64,000 nt of DNA from Octopus bimaculoides (lineage: Eukaryota), in the NCBI RefSeq assembly GCF_001194135.2, contig NC_068985.1, forward strand, positions 110,366,602-110,430,601. The letters are read 5' to 3'. Positions within the stretch are counted from its first letter, which is position 1. Each line of letters opens with the position of its first letter. Below the pieces are notes generated by a model. It had not been told where the DNA came from. It worked only from the letters and a program-made list of their open reading frames with translations, and searched no databases. Below, in pieces: positions 11,418-23,760 of the stretch. The translations under genes were made by a program, and so were the position numbers.

Positions 11418-13730
11418 CCTATTGATTCGAGCGTGCGAAAAACCGTAATTTATGTGTCTATCTTAATCAAGGTAGATGATTTTATCTCTGCTTTTCCTTA
11501 ATTTTTCAATTTTCACTCACTCTTCAAAATTGTTTTCAGATTTATGCTTTAAACACCAGAGTATGAATCTTCAAATATACGCCTAATGTAAATCTATAAA
11601 AAAAAGAATTACATTAAAGAAGCGAAGGATGGGGTAGCCCCTACCCACATACATACACTTCATTTAAAAATTAATTTGTTTCCAGATTCGTAATCTATGA
11701 TGCTTAAGACATACATATCCGAAGAAATTGCGGTTTTTGATTTACTAGTTAATTTCCGACTCTATTCGTTAAGAATGCCAATCCGCGTGCGCTTGTACAC
11801 ACAGACACACGCACACGTGCGTACACTATTATACTGTAGGTGTTACAGAATTTTAAGTTCCGAAATGTTTTCCAAATTGAAAATAACTGGTCTGATTTTT
11901 ATACATTCGTGGGTCCAGATGGAGTATATGTAATCTGAACCCCCCCCCCTTTTTTTACGGAATTCCACGTTTTAAGCTATGGAGATTCCGATTCTGAAAA
12001 AAAATTTTCAAAGATCTCAAATTCAAAATTTCGATTCCCCGCTCCCCCATTTCCTCATTTTGAAATATTTTCCGGAATTTATTTATTTATTTTTTTTTCG
12101 TTGAGGAGTTCCAAACGTGACCACTTCGTCTTTTAGAAGCTTTCTAGCAGTGCCCGTCAGGTCTTTTTGTCAAAGGCATTTCATTAATTATTTGGCTGCT
12201 ATTTCCAGCTGATTGAGGGACCACGTTGAGGATTCCTTTTTGGCTATGATGAATCTGTTGCTGGTTGTTGTTGTTGTTGTTTAACCCCAGGTCGGCTCTG
12301 ATCCAGCAGACCTTTCATTGAAAGCAACAGCAATACACACATGCACGCACACATACATACATACATACATACAGTGTATGTGTCTGTAGTTATGTGTGTG
12401 TGCGTGTGTGTATTCTACTGACCCTTAGTTAACTCTGATCCATCTGGCAGAGGGATCAGGAATAGGAAGAAAATAGTTTTAGGGCAACTGTGCCATGGTC
12501 AAATTGGTATTTTGGAGACAAAGAAAACAATTTTGTGAACCTTTGCCAAAACTTCTCAATGCCAAACTCCTACCACATACATATACACATACATGAATAC
12601 ATGCATGTATCAAATTAAATGCACAACAGAAAGGGCTACTAATAGTGTCATACTATTATAATACTTGAACAGTCACATTTATAAAATATGCCATGTATCT
12701 TAAAGCAGTCTTTCAGGTACTGTTAATGCATTATATATATATATCTTTGTGGTAGATATGCAAGCTATAGACTATAGAAATTGTAGATTAAAATTCCTAT
12801 AACTTGAACATCTAGCATAAATATTGAAATTGTTATTTTTTTTATACACCTTATTTAATTAAACCTGAAAGTCATATAACATAGTTTGACACTTATATAA
12901 TTATTGAAATAATTGTATATCTTTTTCTCATCTAATTAAGCCTAATCAAACATAGGCAAATGTTAATATTATTCATTTGTAAGGCAGCGAGCTGACAGAA
13001 TCGTTAGCATGCTGGGCAAAATGCGTAGTGGTATTTTGTCCATCTACACGTTCTGAGTTCAAGTTCATCATTTTCGGGGGTCAATGAAAACAACTTAACC
13101 CCTCCCCCAAATTGCTGGCTTTATGCCAGAATTTGAAATCGATACTATTTGCAACTCATTAAAAGTTTATATTATACACTTAGTTGTTTACTGATAAAAT
13201 TTGATTAGTTTTGTATAGCAGGAAGGTAAATAATCTTGGCAATTGAAATCATGCTCGTGGCTTGAGTTTTATTTTTTAAAATTACAATTGGGAAGAACTT
13301 TAGAAATTGTAAATCATCAAATTTACTCCCTAGATTGATATCATCCCTCGCACTCCAGGAAAAAGGGGCGTAAATTTACTCTAGTTTTGAAACCTCTGAG
13401 CTAGAGGCTCCCTTTATGGCTGTTATTATTCCTCAGTTTCTATCTTTGATAGTGTGTCTTATGACAGATGCTTTGAATTTCTGCAAACGAGAATCATTAA
13501 TTTTATCAGTATAAGTCATCTAATACCTGTGTGTATGTATGTGCACACGTTCGTGTGTGTGTGTGTGTAAGTGTGTTTGTAAGTATGTGTATATGTTTGT
13601 ATGTACGTCTTGTTCTATGTAAATTTGAACTAAATGTTTGTATGGAAATATATATTTGTATGTATATAAATATGTACGTTTGTTTGTATGTATATGTATA
13701 TAGATATATGTGTGTGTGTTTGTATGTATG

Positions 13731-13765
<35 letters not shown>

Positions 13766-13810
13766 TTATTACTTGTGTATAGTTTATAAATGCATGTGTG
13801 TGTGTGTACA

Positions 13811-13848
<38 letters not shown>

Positions 13849-14174
13849 AGGATTTGCTTTTCGTTTATATTATACATTTAGTTGTTTACTGATAAAATTT
13901 GATTAGTTTTGTATGACAGGAAGGTAAATAATCTTGGCAATTGAAATCATGCTCGTGTTTTGAATTTTTTAAAAATTCAATAGTTAATTTAGATAAGATA
14001 CGAAATAGAGAGTGAATGTGGGGATATTGTATTTGTAAATCCATTGTTTAGGCAGAGTGAGTAAAATCCAATAGTCTTTAAGATTGGTCATTGCATTTGT
14101 AAATCCATTATTAAGATTCCAATACCCTTTGAGTAAAATCCAACAGTCTTTGAAATTGGTCATTCCAAATACAG

Positions 14175-14221
<47 letters not shown>

Positions 14222-15674
14222 TAGTTGTGGGAGATATTGCTTTGCTTCAAAACAGGTCAGGGTTGGTGGAAGGAAGGGCATCCAGCTGTGGGAAAATCTT
14301 CTCCCAAATAAACTTCATGCAACCCATGCAAGTATGAAAGAAGGACATTAAATGGTGGTGTTGATGTTTACAGAGTGTGCAAGATGCACTTTTGCGGTAC
14401 CAGCACTAGAGAGATCGTCTCACACACCTATCACTCTTGAGGAGAATATGATTTATTGGCTTTCCATCCTGATACCAGTACAGGCGTGGGGTGCTTTGTA
14501 CCCAGGAAAATGTAGTGGGTACTCAGTAAGCTAAGACGTGGCCCAAAGAGGGGAAACAAAAGGGAGTATGATGTCAGGTGTGGGTTGAAGGGAGTAAGGG
14601 TATAAGTGCAAAAAGCACTTAGTAATCGAGTCATCCTCATCATTTAATGTCATGTCGACCTTCCATGTTGGCATGGGTTGGACAGTAGAGTATGTATATT
14701 TATTCCAAGTGGCCAAGGAAGGGATTAAATGACAGGTCAACAACGTTAGAACAAACAGGAAAGCTACATTGAAGAAATGAGCAGTAGTAAGATTATGTGG
14801 CGGGGGGGGGGNNNNNNNNNNNNNNNNNNNNNNNNNNNNNNNNNNNNNNNNNNNNNNNNNNNNNNNNNNNNNNNNNNNNNNNNNNNNNNNNNNNNNNNNN
14901 NNNNNNNNNNNNNNNNNNNNNNNNNNNNNNNNNNNNNNNNNNNNNNNNNNNNNNNNNNNNNNNNNNNNNNNNNNNNNNNNNNNNNNNNNNNNNNNNNNNN
15001 NNNNNNNNNNNNNNNNNNNNNNNNNNNNNNNNNNNNNNNNNNNNNNNNNNNNNNNNNNNNNNNNNNNNNNNNNNNNNNNNNNNNNNNNNNNNNNNNNNNN
15101 NNNNNNNNNNNNNNNNNNNNNNNNNNNNNNNNNNNNNNNNNNNNNNNNNNNNNNNNNNNNNNNNNNNNNNNNNNNNNNNNNNNNNNNNNNNNNNNNNNNN
15201 NNNNNNNNNNNNNNNNNNNNNNNNNNNNNNNNNNNNNNNNNNNNNNNNNNNNNNNNNNNNNNNNNNNNNNNNNNNNNNNNNNNNNNNNNNNNNNNNNNNN
15301 NNNNNNNNNNNNNNNNNNNNNNNNNNNNNNNNNNNNNNNNNNNNNNNNNNNNNNNNNNNNNNNNNNNNNNNNNNNNNNNNNNNNNNNNNNNNNNNNNNNN
15401 NNNNNNNNNNNNNNNNNNNNNNNNNNNNNNNNNNNNNNNNNNNNNNNNNNNNNNNNNNNNNNNNNNNNNNNNNNNNNNNNNNNNNNNNNNNNNNNNNNNN
15501 NNNNNNNNNNNNNNNNNNNNNNNNNNNNNNNNNNNNNNNNNNNNNNNNNNNNNNNNNNNNNNNNNNNNNNNNNNNNNNNNNNNNNNNNNNNNNNNNNNNN
15601 NNNNNNNNNNNNNNNNNNNNNNNNNNNNNNNNNNNNNNNNNNNNNNNNNNNNATATAGATATATATATATATAA

Positions 15675-15866
15675 TCATCATCCTCATCATCATTGTTTAA
15701 CGTCAGCTTTCCATGCTAGCATGGGTTGGACGATTTGACTGAGGACTGGTAAACCAGATGGCTACACCAGGCTCCAATCTGATTTGGCAGAGTTTCTACA
15801 GCTGGATGCCCTTCCTAACACCAACCACCCCGAGAGTGTAGTGGGTGCTTTAACGTGCCACCGGCA
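15675..15866 (-). mobile_element. SINE family C (RTE-like (GAT)n tail)
   Basis: Reverse complement of GGAAGGGCATCCAGCTGTAGAAAC...ACGTTAAACGATGATGATG. Confidence 0.8.
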
Positions 15867-18101
15867 CATAGATAGATAGATAGATAGATAATATATAGAT
15901 ATATATAATATATATATAGATATATCAGAAATAAGTTCAAAAAGAACAATTCAAACTTTTTGAGGGATCCAAAAAGAGACAAAAGGTGATTTCTAATAAG
16001 GATTCATCATATTCATGAAAAACAGCCTAAACAGGTAATAAAAATATGAAAATAATATTTGAGGTGATTCGTTATAGGTATAATAATATACCATAAACAA
16101 GTATAAAAAAACGGAGAGAAGATGTTGAAACAGAAATAGATTTATTATAAAACTGGATTCAATGCATGTGTATGTTTTGAAAAATGATGCAAAAAAAATT
16201 TAAGAAAAAATTTAAATCATAGTGATTAAAATTATAATTGAAAATAAGCAGTTTAAAAATTGAAGTTAAGAATAAAAATAAAATTTAAAATTTAATTTAT
16301 GCATTGTCATTCTCATCAAAAAAGTTTAATACGATGAAGTAAAATGAAATAAAAATTAAAATAAAGGAAATCTGGTAATTTACAAACCAAGTTGTGAACG
16401 GGAAAAATAATAATATCAACTATACTAATGGTGTGAGAGACGAAAAATAAAAATAAAAAATAAAAATATATATATCAATGCGTATGCAAGTGTATATGTG
16501 CAGTGAAACTATAACATAGGAATCCAACGGATGTGTTTAAAATGATAATAATAATAATAAACACCATTCTAGACAAAATACAGCATAAACAAGGCCACGT
16601 GTGTCTATCATATGTCGAAGGTCAAATTATTCGTGCATCACAAGTGTGTTAGTAATGAGTGAAGCCATTTACACATGAAAAGTGAATATGCAGACTGTTT
16701 GACTGAGGGCTGGCACCAGGCTCCAGTCCAATCTGGCAATGATTCTACAGCTGGATGCCCTTCCTAATGCCAACCACTCCGAGAGTGTAGTGGGTGCTTT
16801 TTTACGTGCCACTGGCACGAGGGCCAGTCAGGCGGTACTGGCATTGACCACGCTCAAATGGTGCTTTTTACGTGCCACTGGCACAAGAGGCAGTCAGGTG
16901 GCACTGGCATCGACCACACTCAAATGGTGCCTTTACATGCCACCGGTATGTGTGCCAATCGGGCAGTACTGTTATCGGCCGCAACAACGACTTCATTTGC
17001 CTCAACAGAGCTTCTCAAGCGCACTTTATTNNNNNNNNNNNNNNNNNNNNNNNNNNNNNNNNNNNNNNNNNNNNNNNNNNNNNNNNNNNNNNNNNNNNNN
17101 NNNNNNNNNNNNNNNNNNNNNNNNNNNNNNNNNNNNNNNNNNNNNNNNNNNNNNNNNNNNNNNNNNNNNNNNNNNNNNNNNNNNNNNNNNNNNNNNNNNN
17201 NNNNNNNNNNNNNNNNNNNNNNNNNNNNNNNNNNNNNNNNNNNNNNNNNNNNNNNNNNNNNNNNNNNNNNNNNNNNNNNNNNNNNNNNNNNNNNNNNNNN
17301 NNNNNNNNNNNNNNNNNNNNNNNNNNNNNNNNNNNNNNNNNNNNNNNNNNNNNNNNNNNNNNNNNNNNNNNNNNNNNNNNNNNNNNNNNNNNNNNNNNNN
17401 NNNNNNNNNNNNNNNNNNNNNNNNNNNNNNNNNNNNNNNNNNNNNNNNNNNNNNNNNNNNNNNNNNNNNNNNNNNNNNNNNNNNNNNNNNNNNNNNNNNN
17501 NNNNNNNNNNNNNNNNNNNNNNNNNNNNNNNNNNNNNNNNNNNNNNNNNNNNNNNNNNNNNNNNNNNNNNNNNNNNNNNNNNNNNNNNNNNNNNNNNNNN
17601 NNNNNNNNNNNNNNNNNNNNNNNNNNNNNNNNNNNNNNNNNNNNNNNNNNNNNNNNNNNNNNNNNNNNNNNNNNNNNNNNNNNNNNNNNNNNNNNNNNNN
17701 NNNNNNNNNNNNNNNNNNNNNNNNNNNNNNNNNNNNNNNNNNNNNNNNNNNNNNNNNNNNNNNNNNNNNNNNNNNNNNNNNNNNNNNNNNNNNNNNNNNN
17801 NNNNNNNNNNNNNNNNNNNNNNNNNNNNNNNNNNNNNNNNNNNNNNNNNNNNNNNNNNNNNNNNNNNNNNNNNNNNNNNNNNNNNNNNNNNNNNNNNNNN
17901 NNNNNNNNNNNNNNNNNNNNNNNNNNNNNNNNNNNNNNNNNNNNNNNNNNNNNNNNNNNNNNNNNNNNNNNNNNNNNNNNNNNNNNNNNNNNNNNNNNNN
18001 NNNNNNNNNGACAAAATAAATAGAACTAAAAACATAAGTATATATATCATCCATGCCAGCCTGGAAATCAGACGTTAAACGATTGTTGATGATGATATAT
18101 A

Positions 18102-18154
<53 letters not shown>

Positions 18155-18712
18155 GTTATTTTTAATCACCAGAAATTACAAAGTGACTTAGGAATTTTGA
18201 GTGTGTTTGTGTGTGTGTGCATATATATATGTATATATGTATGTATGTACTGAGGGTCAGGGAGAAAGAGGCACTTCTCTATTTCATCATTGGCAGCAGC
18301 AGTAGTAATGTAAACAGCATTATACTGTGTTTTTCAGTGTTTCTATATCTTATATCTGTCAGTCTGTCTGTCTATCTCCCGCCCCTCTCTCTCTCCCCCC
18401 TCATACATACACAAACATGCACACACGTATATGCCTACATACACCAAACAAATATTCATGAATACATATATACTGCACATGTAAAACAGCCCGCAACCTA
18501 GAATGTGCTGAGCACCCAACCTGCTTGAATAGAAAGAGCAGTCAAATCTCATTCTAATCAAACTTAAGAAGGCTATACAGGACAGTGTAGTACTGAGTAT
18601 ACAGAAAAAACAGGATGGCTATGTCGGAACCTCTTTTCAATGTAGGTCTGCTTGATCAAGATTTATTTGGTGCTAAACTATAACAATATGTGAATTATGA
18701 AGTATAGGCACA

Positions 18713-19089
18713 GGAGTGGCTGTGTGGTAAGTAGCTTGCTTACCAACCACATAGTTCCGGGTTCAGTCCCACTGCGTGGCGCCTTGGGCAAGTCTCTTCT
18801 ACTAAAGCCTCAAGCTGACCGAAGCCTTGTGAGTGGATTTGGTAGACGGAAACTGAAAGAAGCCTGTCGTATATATGTATATATATATGTGTGTGTTTGT
18901 CCCCTTCCCCCCAACATCGCTTGACAACCGATGGTGGTGTGTTTACGTCCCCGTAATCTAGCAGTTCGGCAAAAGAGACCGATAGAATAAGTACTAGGCT
19001 TACAATGAATAAGTCCTCGGGTCGATTTGCTTGACTAAAGGCAGTGCTCCAGCATGGCCACAGTCAAATGACTGAAAGAAGTAAAAGAG
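18713..19089 (+). mobile_element. SINE family B, well-preserved copy
   Basis: tRNA-like head GGAGTGGCTGTGTGGTAAG...GGTTCAGTCCC, CCTTGGGCAAGT block, internal (TA)(TG) tract, 3' tail TGACTGAAA.AAGTAAAAGAG. Confidence 0.88.
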
Positions 19090-19269
19090 TATACACACAT
19101 TCACACATACAGTTTACATTACACAACATGTACATAAACATTCCTACTTAAATATAGTGACACCATACATATTGTACATCATATGAAAATCACAAACATC
19201 CATCATAATTTACTCATATATCATCTCCATATAGATTACATGTACATTTAAATATGCATGAATAAGCAC

Positions 19270-20050
19270 TGTCTGTGTGCTTCCTGACCACATGGTTCTG
19301 GGTTCAGTCCCACTGCATGGCACCTTGGACAAGTGTTTTCTGCTATAGCCTCGGGCCAACCAAAGCTTTGTGAGTGGATTTGGTTGGTGGAAACTGAAAG
19401 AAGACTGTCGTGTATATATATGTGTGTGTGTGTTTCTGTATGTGTTTGTCTCTCCACCACCACTTGACAACCTGTGTTGGTGTGTTTGCATCCCCATAAC
19501 TTAGCAGGATTATGCAAAAGCGACACACAGAATAAGTAGCAGGCTTAAAAAGTAAGTACTGTTTTCAATTCATTCAACTAAAAATCCAAGGCAGTGCCCC
19601 AGTTAATCCAAGGCATGGCCACAGTTAAATGAGTGAAACAAGTAAAAGACAAACGATAAAAATATGCTGCATGCACATCCATGGCTGTGTGGTAAGAAGT
19701 TTGCTTCCCAGCCACATGGTCCTGGGTTCAGTCCCACAGCATGTCACCTTGGGCAAGTGTCTTCTACTATAGCCTTGGACCAACCAAAGACTTGTGAGTG
19801 GATTTGGTAGATGGAAACTGAAAGAAGCCTGCCATATGTTTATGTGTGTGTCTTTGTGTCTGTGTTTGTCCTCCTACCATCGCTTGACAACCGATGTTGG
19901 TGTGTTTACGTAACGTAGTGGTTCAGCAAAAGAGACTGATAGAATAAGTACTCGGCTTACAAGGAATAAGTGTTGGGGGCCGATTTCCTCAACTTTTAGA
20001 CAGTGCTCCAGCATGGCTGTGGCCAAATGACTGAAACAAGTAAAAGAATA
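19270..20050 (+). mobile_element. Two further head-to-tail family B SINE copies (older)
   Basis: Same modules with CpG-to-TpG decay, starting near 19270 and 19680. Confidence 0.8.
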
Positions 20051-20203
20051 GAAGAATGTATAAACATAATTCACACTACGCATAAATTCCATAAGCGCAC
20101 AATCTCAAATATTCACTCATACATCACACAAGCTTGCTGTACACTTTCAACTTTGCCCTCTCTCACACTTTCTCTCTTTCACTCTTACCCATCTTCCCCT
20201 CAC

Positions 20204-20264
<61 letters not shown>

Positions 20265-20955
20265 AGTATAGTTATATGAACACATAAATCATTGGTATAC
20301 ATGTATTGTGTATGTGTAATTCTATTTTCATTTTGATCCTATTCACAACNNNNNNNNNNNNNNNNNNNNNNNNNNNNNNNNNNNNNNNNNNNNNNNNNNN
20401 NNNNNNNNNNNNNNNNNNNNNNNNNNNNNNNNNNNNNNNNNNNNNNNNNNNNNNNNNNNNNNNNNNNNNNNNNNNNNNNNNNNNNNNNNNNNNNNNNNNN
20501 NNNNNNNNNNNNNNNNNNNNNNNNNNNNNNNNNNNNNNNNNNNNNNNNNNNNNNNNNNNNNNNNNNNNNNNNNNNNNNNNNNNNNNNNNNNNNNNNNNNN
20601 NNNNNNNNNNNNNNNNNNNNNNNNNNNNNNNNNNNNNNNNNNNNNNNNNNNNNNNNNNNNNNNNNNNNNNNNNNNNNNNNNNNNNNNNNNNNNNNNNNNN
20701 NNNNNNNNNNNNNNNNNNNNNNNNNNNNNNNNNNNNNNNNNNNNNNNNNNNNNNNNNNNNNNNNNNNNNNNNNNNNNNNNNNNNNNNNNNNNNNNNNNNN
20801 NNNNNNNNNNNNNNNNNNNNNNNNNNNNNNNNNNNNNNNNNNNNNNNNNNNNNNNNNNNNNNNNNNNNNNNNNNNNNNNNNNNNNNNNNNNNNNNNNNNN
20901 NNNNNNNNNNNNNNNNNNNNNNNNNNNNNNNNNNNNNNNNNNNNNNNNNNNNNNA

Positions 20956-21115
20956 TGGGGTGGCCGTGTGGTAAGTAGCTTGCTTACAAACCACATGGTT
21001 CCGGGTTCAGTCCCGCTGCGTGGCACCTTGGGCAAGTGTCTTCTACTATATCCTCGGGCCGACCAAAGCCTAGTGAGTGGATTTGGTAGACGGAAACTGA
21101 AAGAAGCCCATCGTA

Positions 21116-21151
<36 letters not shown>

Positions 21152-21370
21152 TGTGTGTATATGTTTGTGTGTTTGTGTTTGTCTCCCCAATATCGCTTGA
21201 CAACCGATGCTTGTGTTTATGTCCCCGTAACTTAGCAGTTCAGCTAAAGAGACCGATAGAATAAGTACTAGTCTTCCAAAGAATAAGTCTTGGGGTCGAT
21301 TTGCTCGACTAAAGGCGGTGCTCCAGCATGGCCACAGTCAAATGACTCAAACAAGTAAAAGAGTAAAGAG
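20956..21370 (+). mobile_element. SINE family B copy about 240 bp upstream of the exon 1 acceptor
   Basis: Full head-to-tail match to the family consensus. Confidence 0.88.
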
Positions 21371-21621
21371 TATACCAGATTTATTTTTTTATTTTTACTG
21401 TCATTTACTTGTAAAATTTATTGTAACACCTGTATTTTATAAGAAAATTAAGAACTGAATGATAGGTGTGAAAACACACCTGGTCTGATGATAACAAACA
21501 AGCTATTTGGATAAGAAAACAGCACTTTCGTCTACGCTCATGAAGGTATCATTGTAAAACTAAAACCTATTTATTTCCCCTAACCTAACTAATTATTCTT
21601 TTATGGATTTCAGAAACAAAA

Positions 21622-21940
21622 ATGGAAAATGACAAAGAGAAACAGAATCTTATTTTACAGAGCGTTGGGGATAATGAAGCCCAGGTGGTTATTCATCGCC
21701 CAGTCTACTCCCAGGCAAAATTTGACATCGGCTTTGAGGGTAGCAAGCGGCCAAACCCATCGTTCAAAGAAACCATCAAGCAGCAAGTGAAAAGCTGTAA
21801 GTGCTCAAATGCCTGCTTCACCAAATTCATCATTCAACTGTTTCCTTTCCTCACTATAATGAAGGGCTATAGTCTACGCAATGATCTTTTCAGTGACATT
21901 GTTGCTGGTCTTACGGTTGGAATAATGCATGTTCCTCAAG
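21622..21940 (+). CDS. SLC26A5: SLC26 coding exon 1 (MENDKEK...IMHVPQ-G)
   Basis: Acceptor tttcag ends 21613, A-rich context aaacaaaaATGG, donor CAAG|gtattt at 21941, phase 1. Confidence 0.92.
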
Positions 21941-23715
21941 GTATTTCATACATTCTCCTTTTTGTTGTTGTTGTTAATGTTTCTTTTCTGTTTTTTTTTT
22001 CTTTAGAGCTTTTTGTTATGGTATCTTCTTCATTTATCCTTTATATCATCATCATCATCGTTTAACGTCCATTTTCCATGCTAGCATGGGTTGGACGATT
22101 TGACTGAGGACTGGCAAGCCAGAAGGTTGCACCATGCTTCAATCTGATCTGGCAGAGTTTCTACAGCTGGATGCCCTTCCTAACACCAGGATATCATTAT
22201 AGTAATAATAGTTTCAAATTTTGGCTCAGAGCCAGCAATTTTAAAGGGAGAGTATTAGTTGATAACATTAACCCCAGAGTCAATAGCTATTGAAAAGGTT
22301 GCAAAATGCGACGAAAATTTTAGAAAAAATAGATAAATAAATGAGTGGAAACTGAACCGGTGAGTGTGTTAAATTATAGGGCACTAAAAGAGAATGACTC
22401 TCCCCAGACACAACAAAACATGCTTCAATACACGAACTCACATAAAGAATCTTGCAAACCAAATCCCAAAACAAAGTTGACCCCGATGCTTATCCTACCT
22501 CCACCCTCTAATAGGACAAAAGCAAAGTCAGTCAATCTCAGCAGAATTTGAATTTAGAACATAAAAATGCTGCTATGCCTTTTGTCCAGCGTGAGAACTA
22601 TTCTGCTAGCTTGCTGCCTTCAGTTTCAAATTTTAGCACAAACCCAGCAATTTTAGGGAAAGAAGATTTGGCAATAACATTAATATGTACATGCATATTA
22701 TAATATATCATCATCATCATCATCATCATCGTTTAACGTCCGCTTTCCATGCTAGCATGGGTTGGACGATTTGACTGAGGACTGGTGAAACCGGATGGCA
22801 ACACCAGGCTCCAATCTAATTTGGCAGAGTTTCTACAGCTGGATGCCCTTCCTAACGCCAACCACTCAGAGAGTGTAGTGGGTGCTTTTACGTGTCACCC
22901 GCACGAAAACGGCCACGCTCGAAATGGTGTCTTTTATGTGCCACCCGNNNNNNNNNNNNNNNNNNNNNNNNNNNNNNNNNNNNNNNNNNNNNNNNNNNNN
23001 NNNNNNNNNNNNNNNNNNNNNNNNNNNNNNNNNNNNNNNNNNNNNNNNNNNNNNNNNNNNNNNNNNNNNNNNNNNNNNNNNNNNNNNNNNNNNNNNNNNN
23101 NNNNNNNNNNNNNNNNNNNNNNNNNNNNNNNNNNNNNNNNNNNNNNNNNNNNNNNNNNNNNNNNNNNNNNNNNNNNNNNNNNNNNNNNNNNNNNNNNNNN
23201 NNNNNNNNNNNNNNNNNNNNNNNNNNNNNNNNNNNNNNNNNNNNNNNNNNNNNNNNNNNNNNNNNNNNNNNNNNNNNNNNNNNNNNNNNNNNNNNNNNNN
23301 NNNNNNNNNNNNNNNNNNNNNNNNNNNNNNNNNNNNNNNNNNNNNNNNNNNNNNNNNNNNNNNNNNNNNNNNNNNNNNNNNNNNNNNNNNNNNNNNNNNN
23401 NNNNNNNNNNNNNNNNNNNNNNNNNNNNNNNNNNNNNNNNNNNNNNNNNNNNNNNNNNNNNNNNNNNNNNNNNNNNNNNNNNNNNNNNNNNNNNNNNNNN
23501 NNNNNNNNNNNNNNNNNNNNNNNNNNNNNNNNNNNNNNNNNNNNNNNNNNNNNNNNNNNNNNNNNNNNNNNNNNNNNNNNNNNNNNNNNNNNNNNNNNNN
23601 NNNNNNNNNNNNNNNNNNNNNNNNNNNNNNNNNNNNNNNNNNNNNNNNNNNNNNNNNNNNNNNNNNNNNNNNNNNNNNNNNNNNNNNNNNNNNNNNNGAT
23701 GCAATATATGTAATA

Positions 23716-23760
<45 letters not shown>

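Noticed and set aside
21484-21535. CTGATGA...GAAAAC...GTC upstream of exon 1
   Set aside because: Stems I and III do not pair.
22768-22815. CTGAGGA-CTGGT-GAAAC in reverse family C SINE copies as a hammerhead
   Set aside because: There is no stem II pair and no NUH after stem III; the GAAA is used in a simple CTGGT/ACC(A/G)G hairpin and varies among copies.
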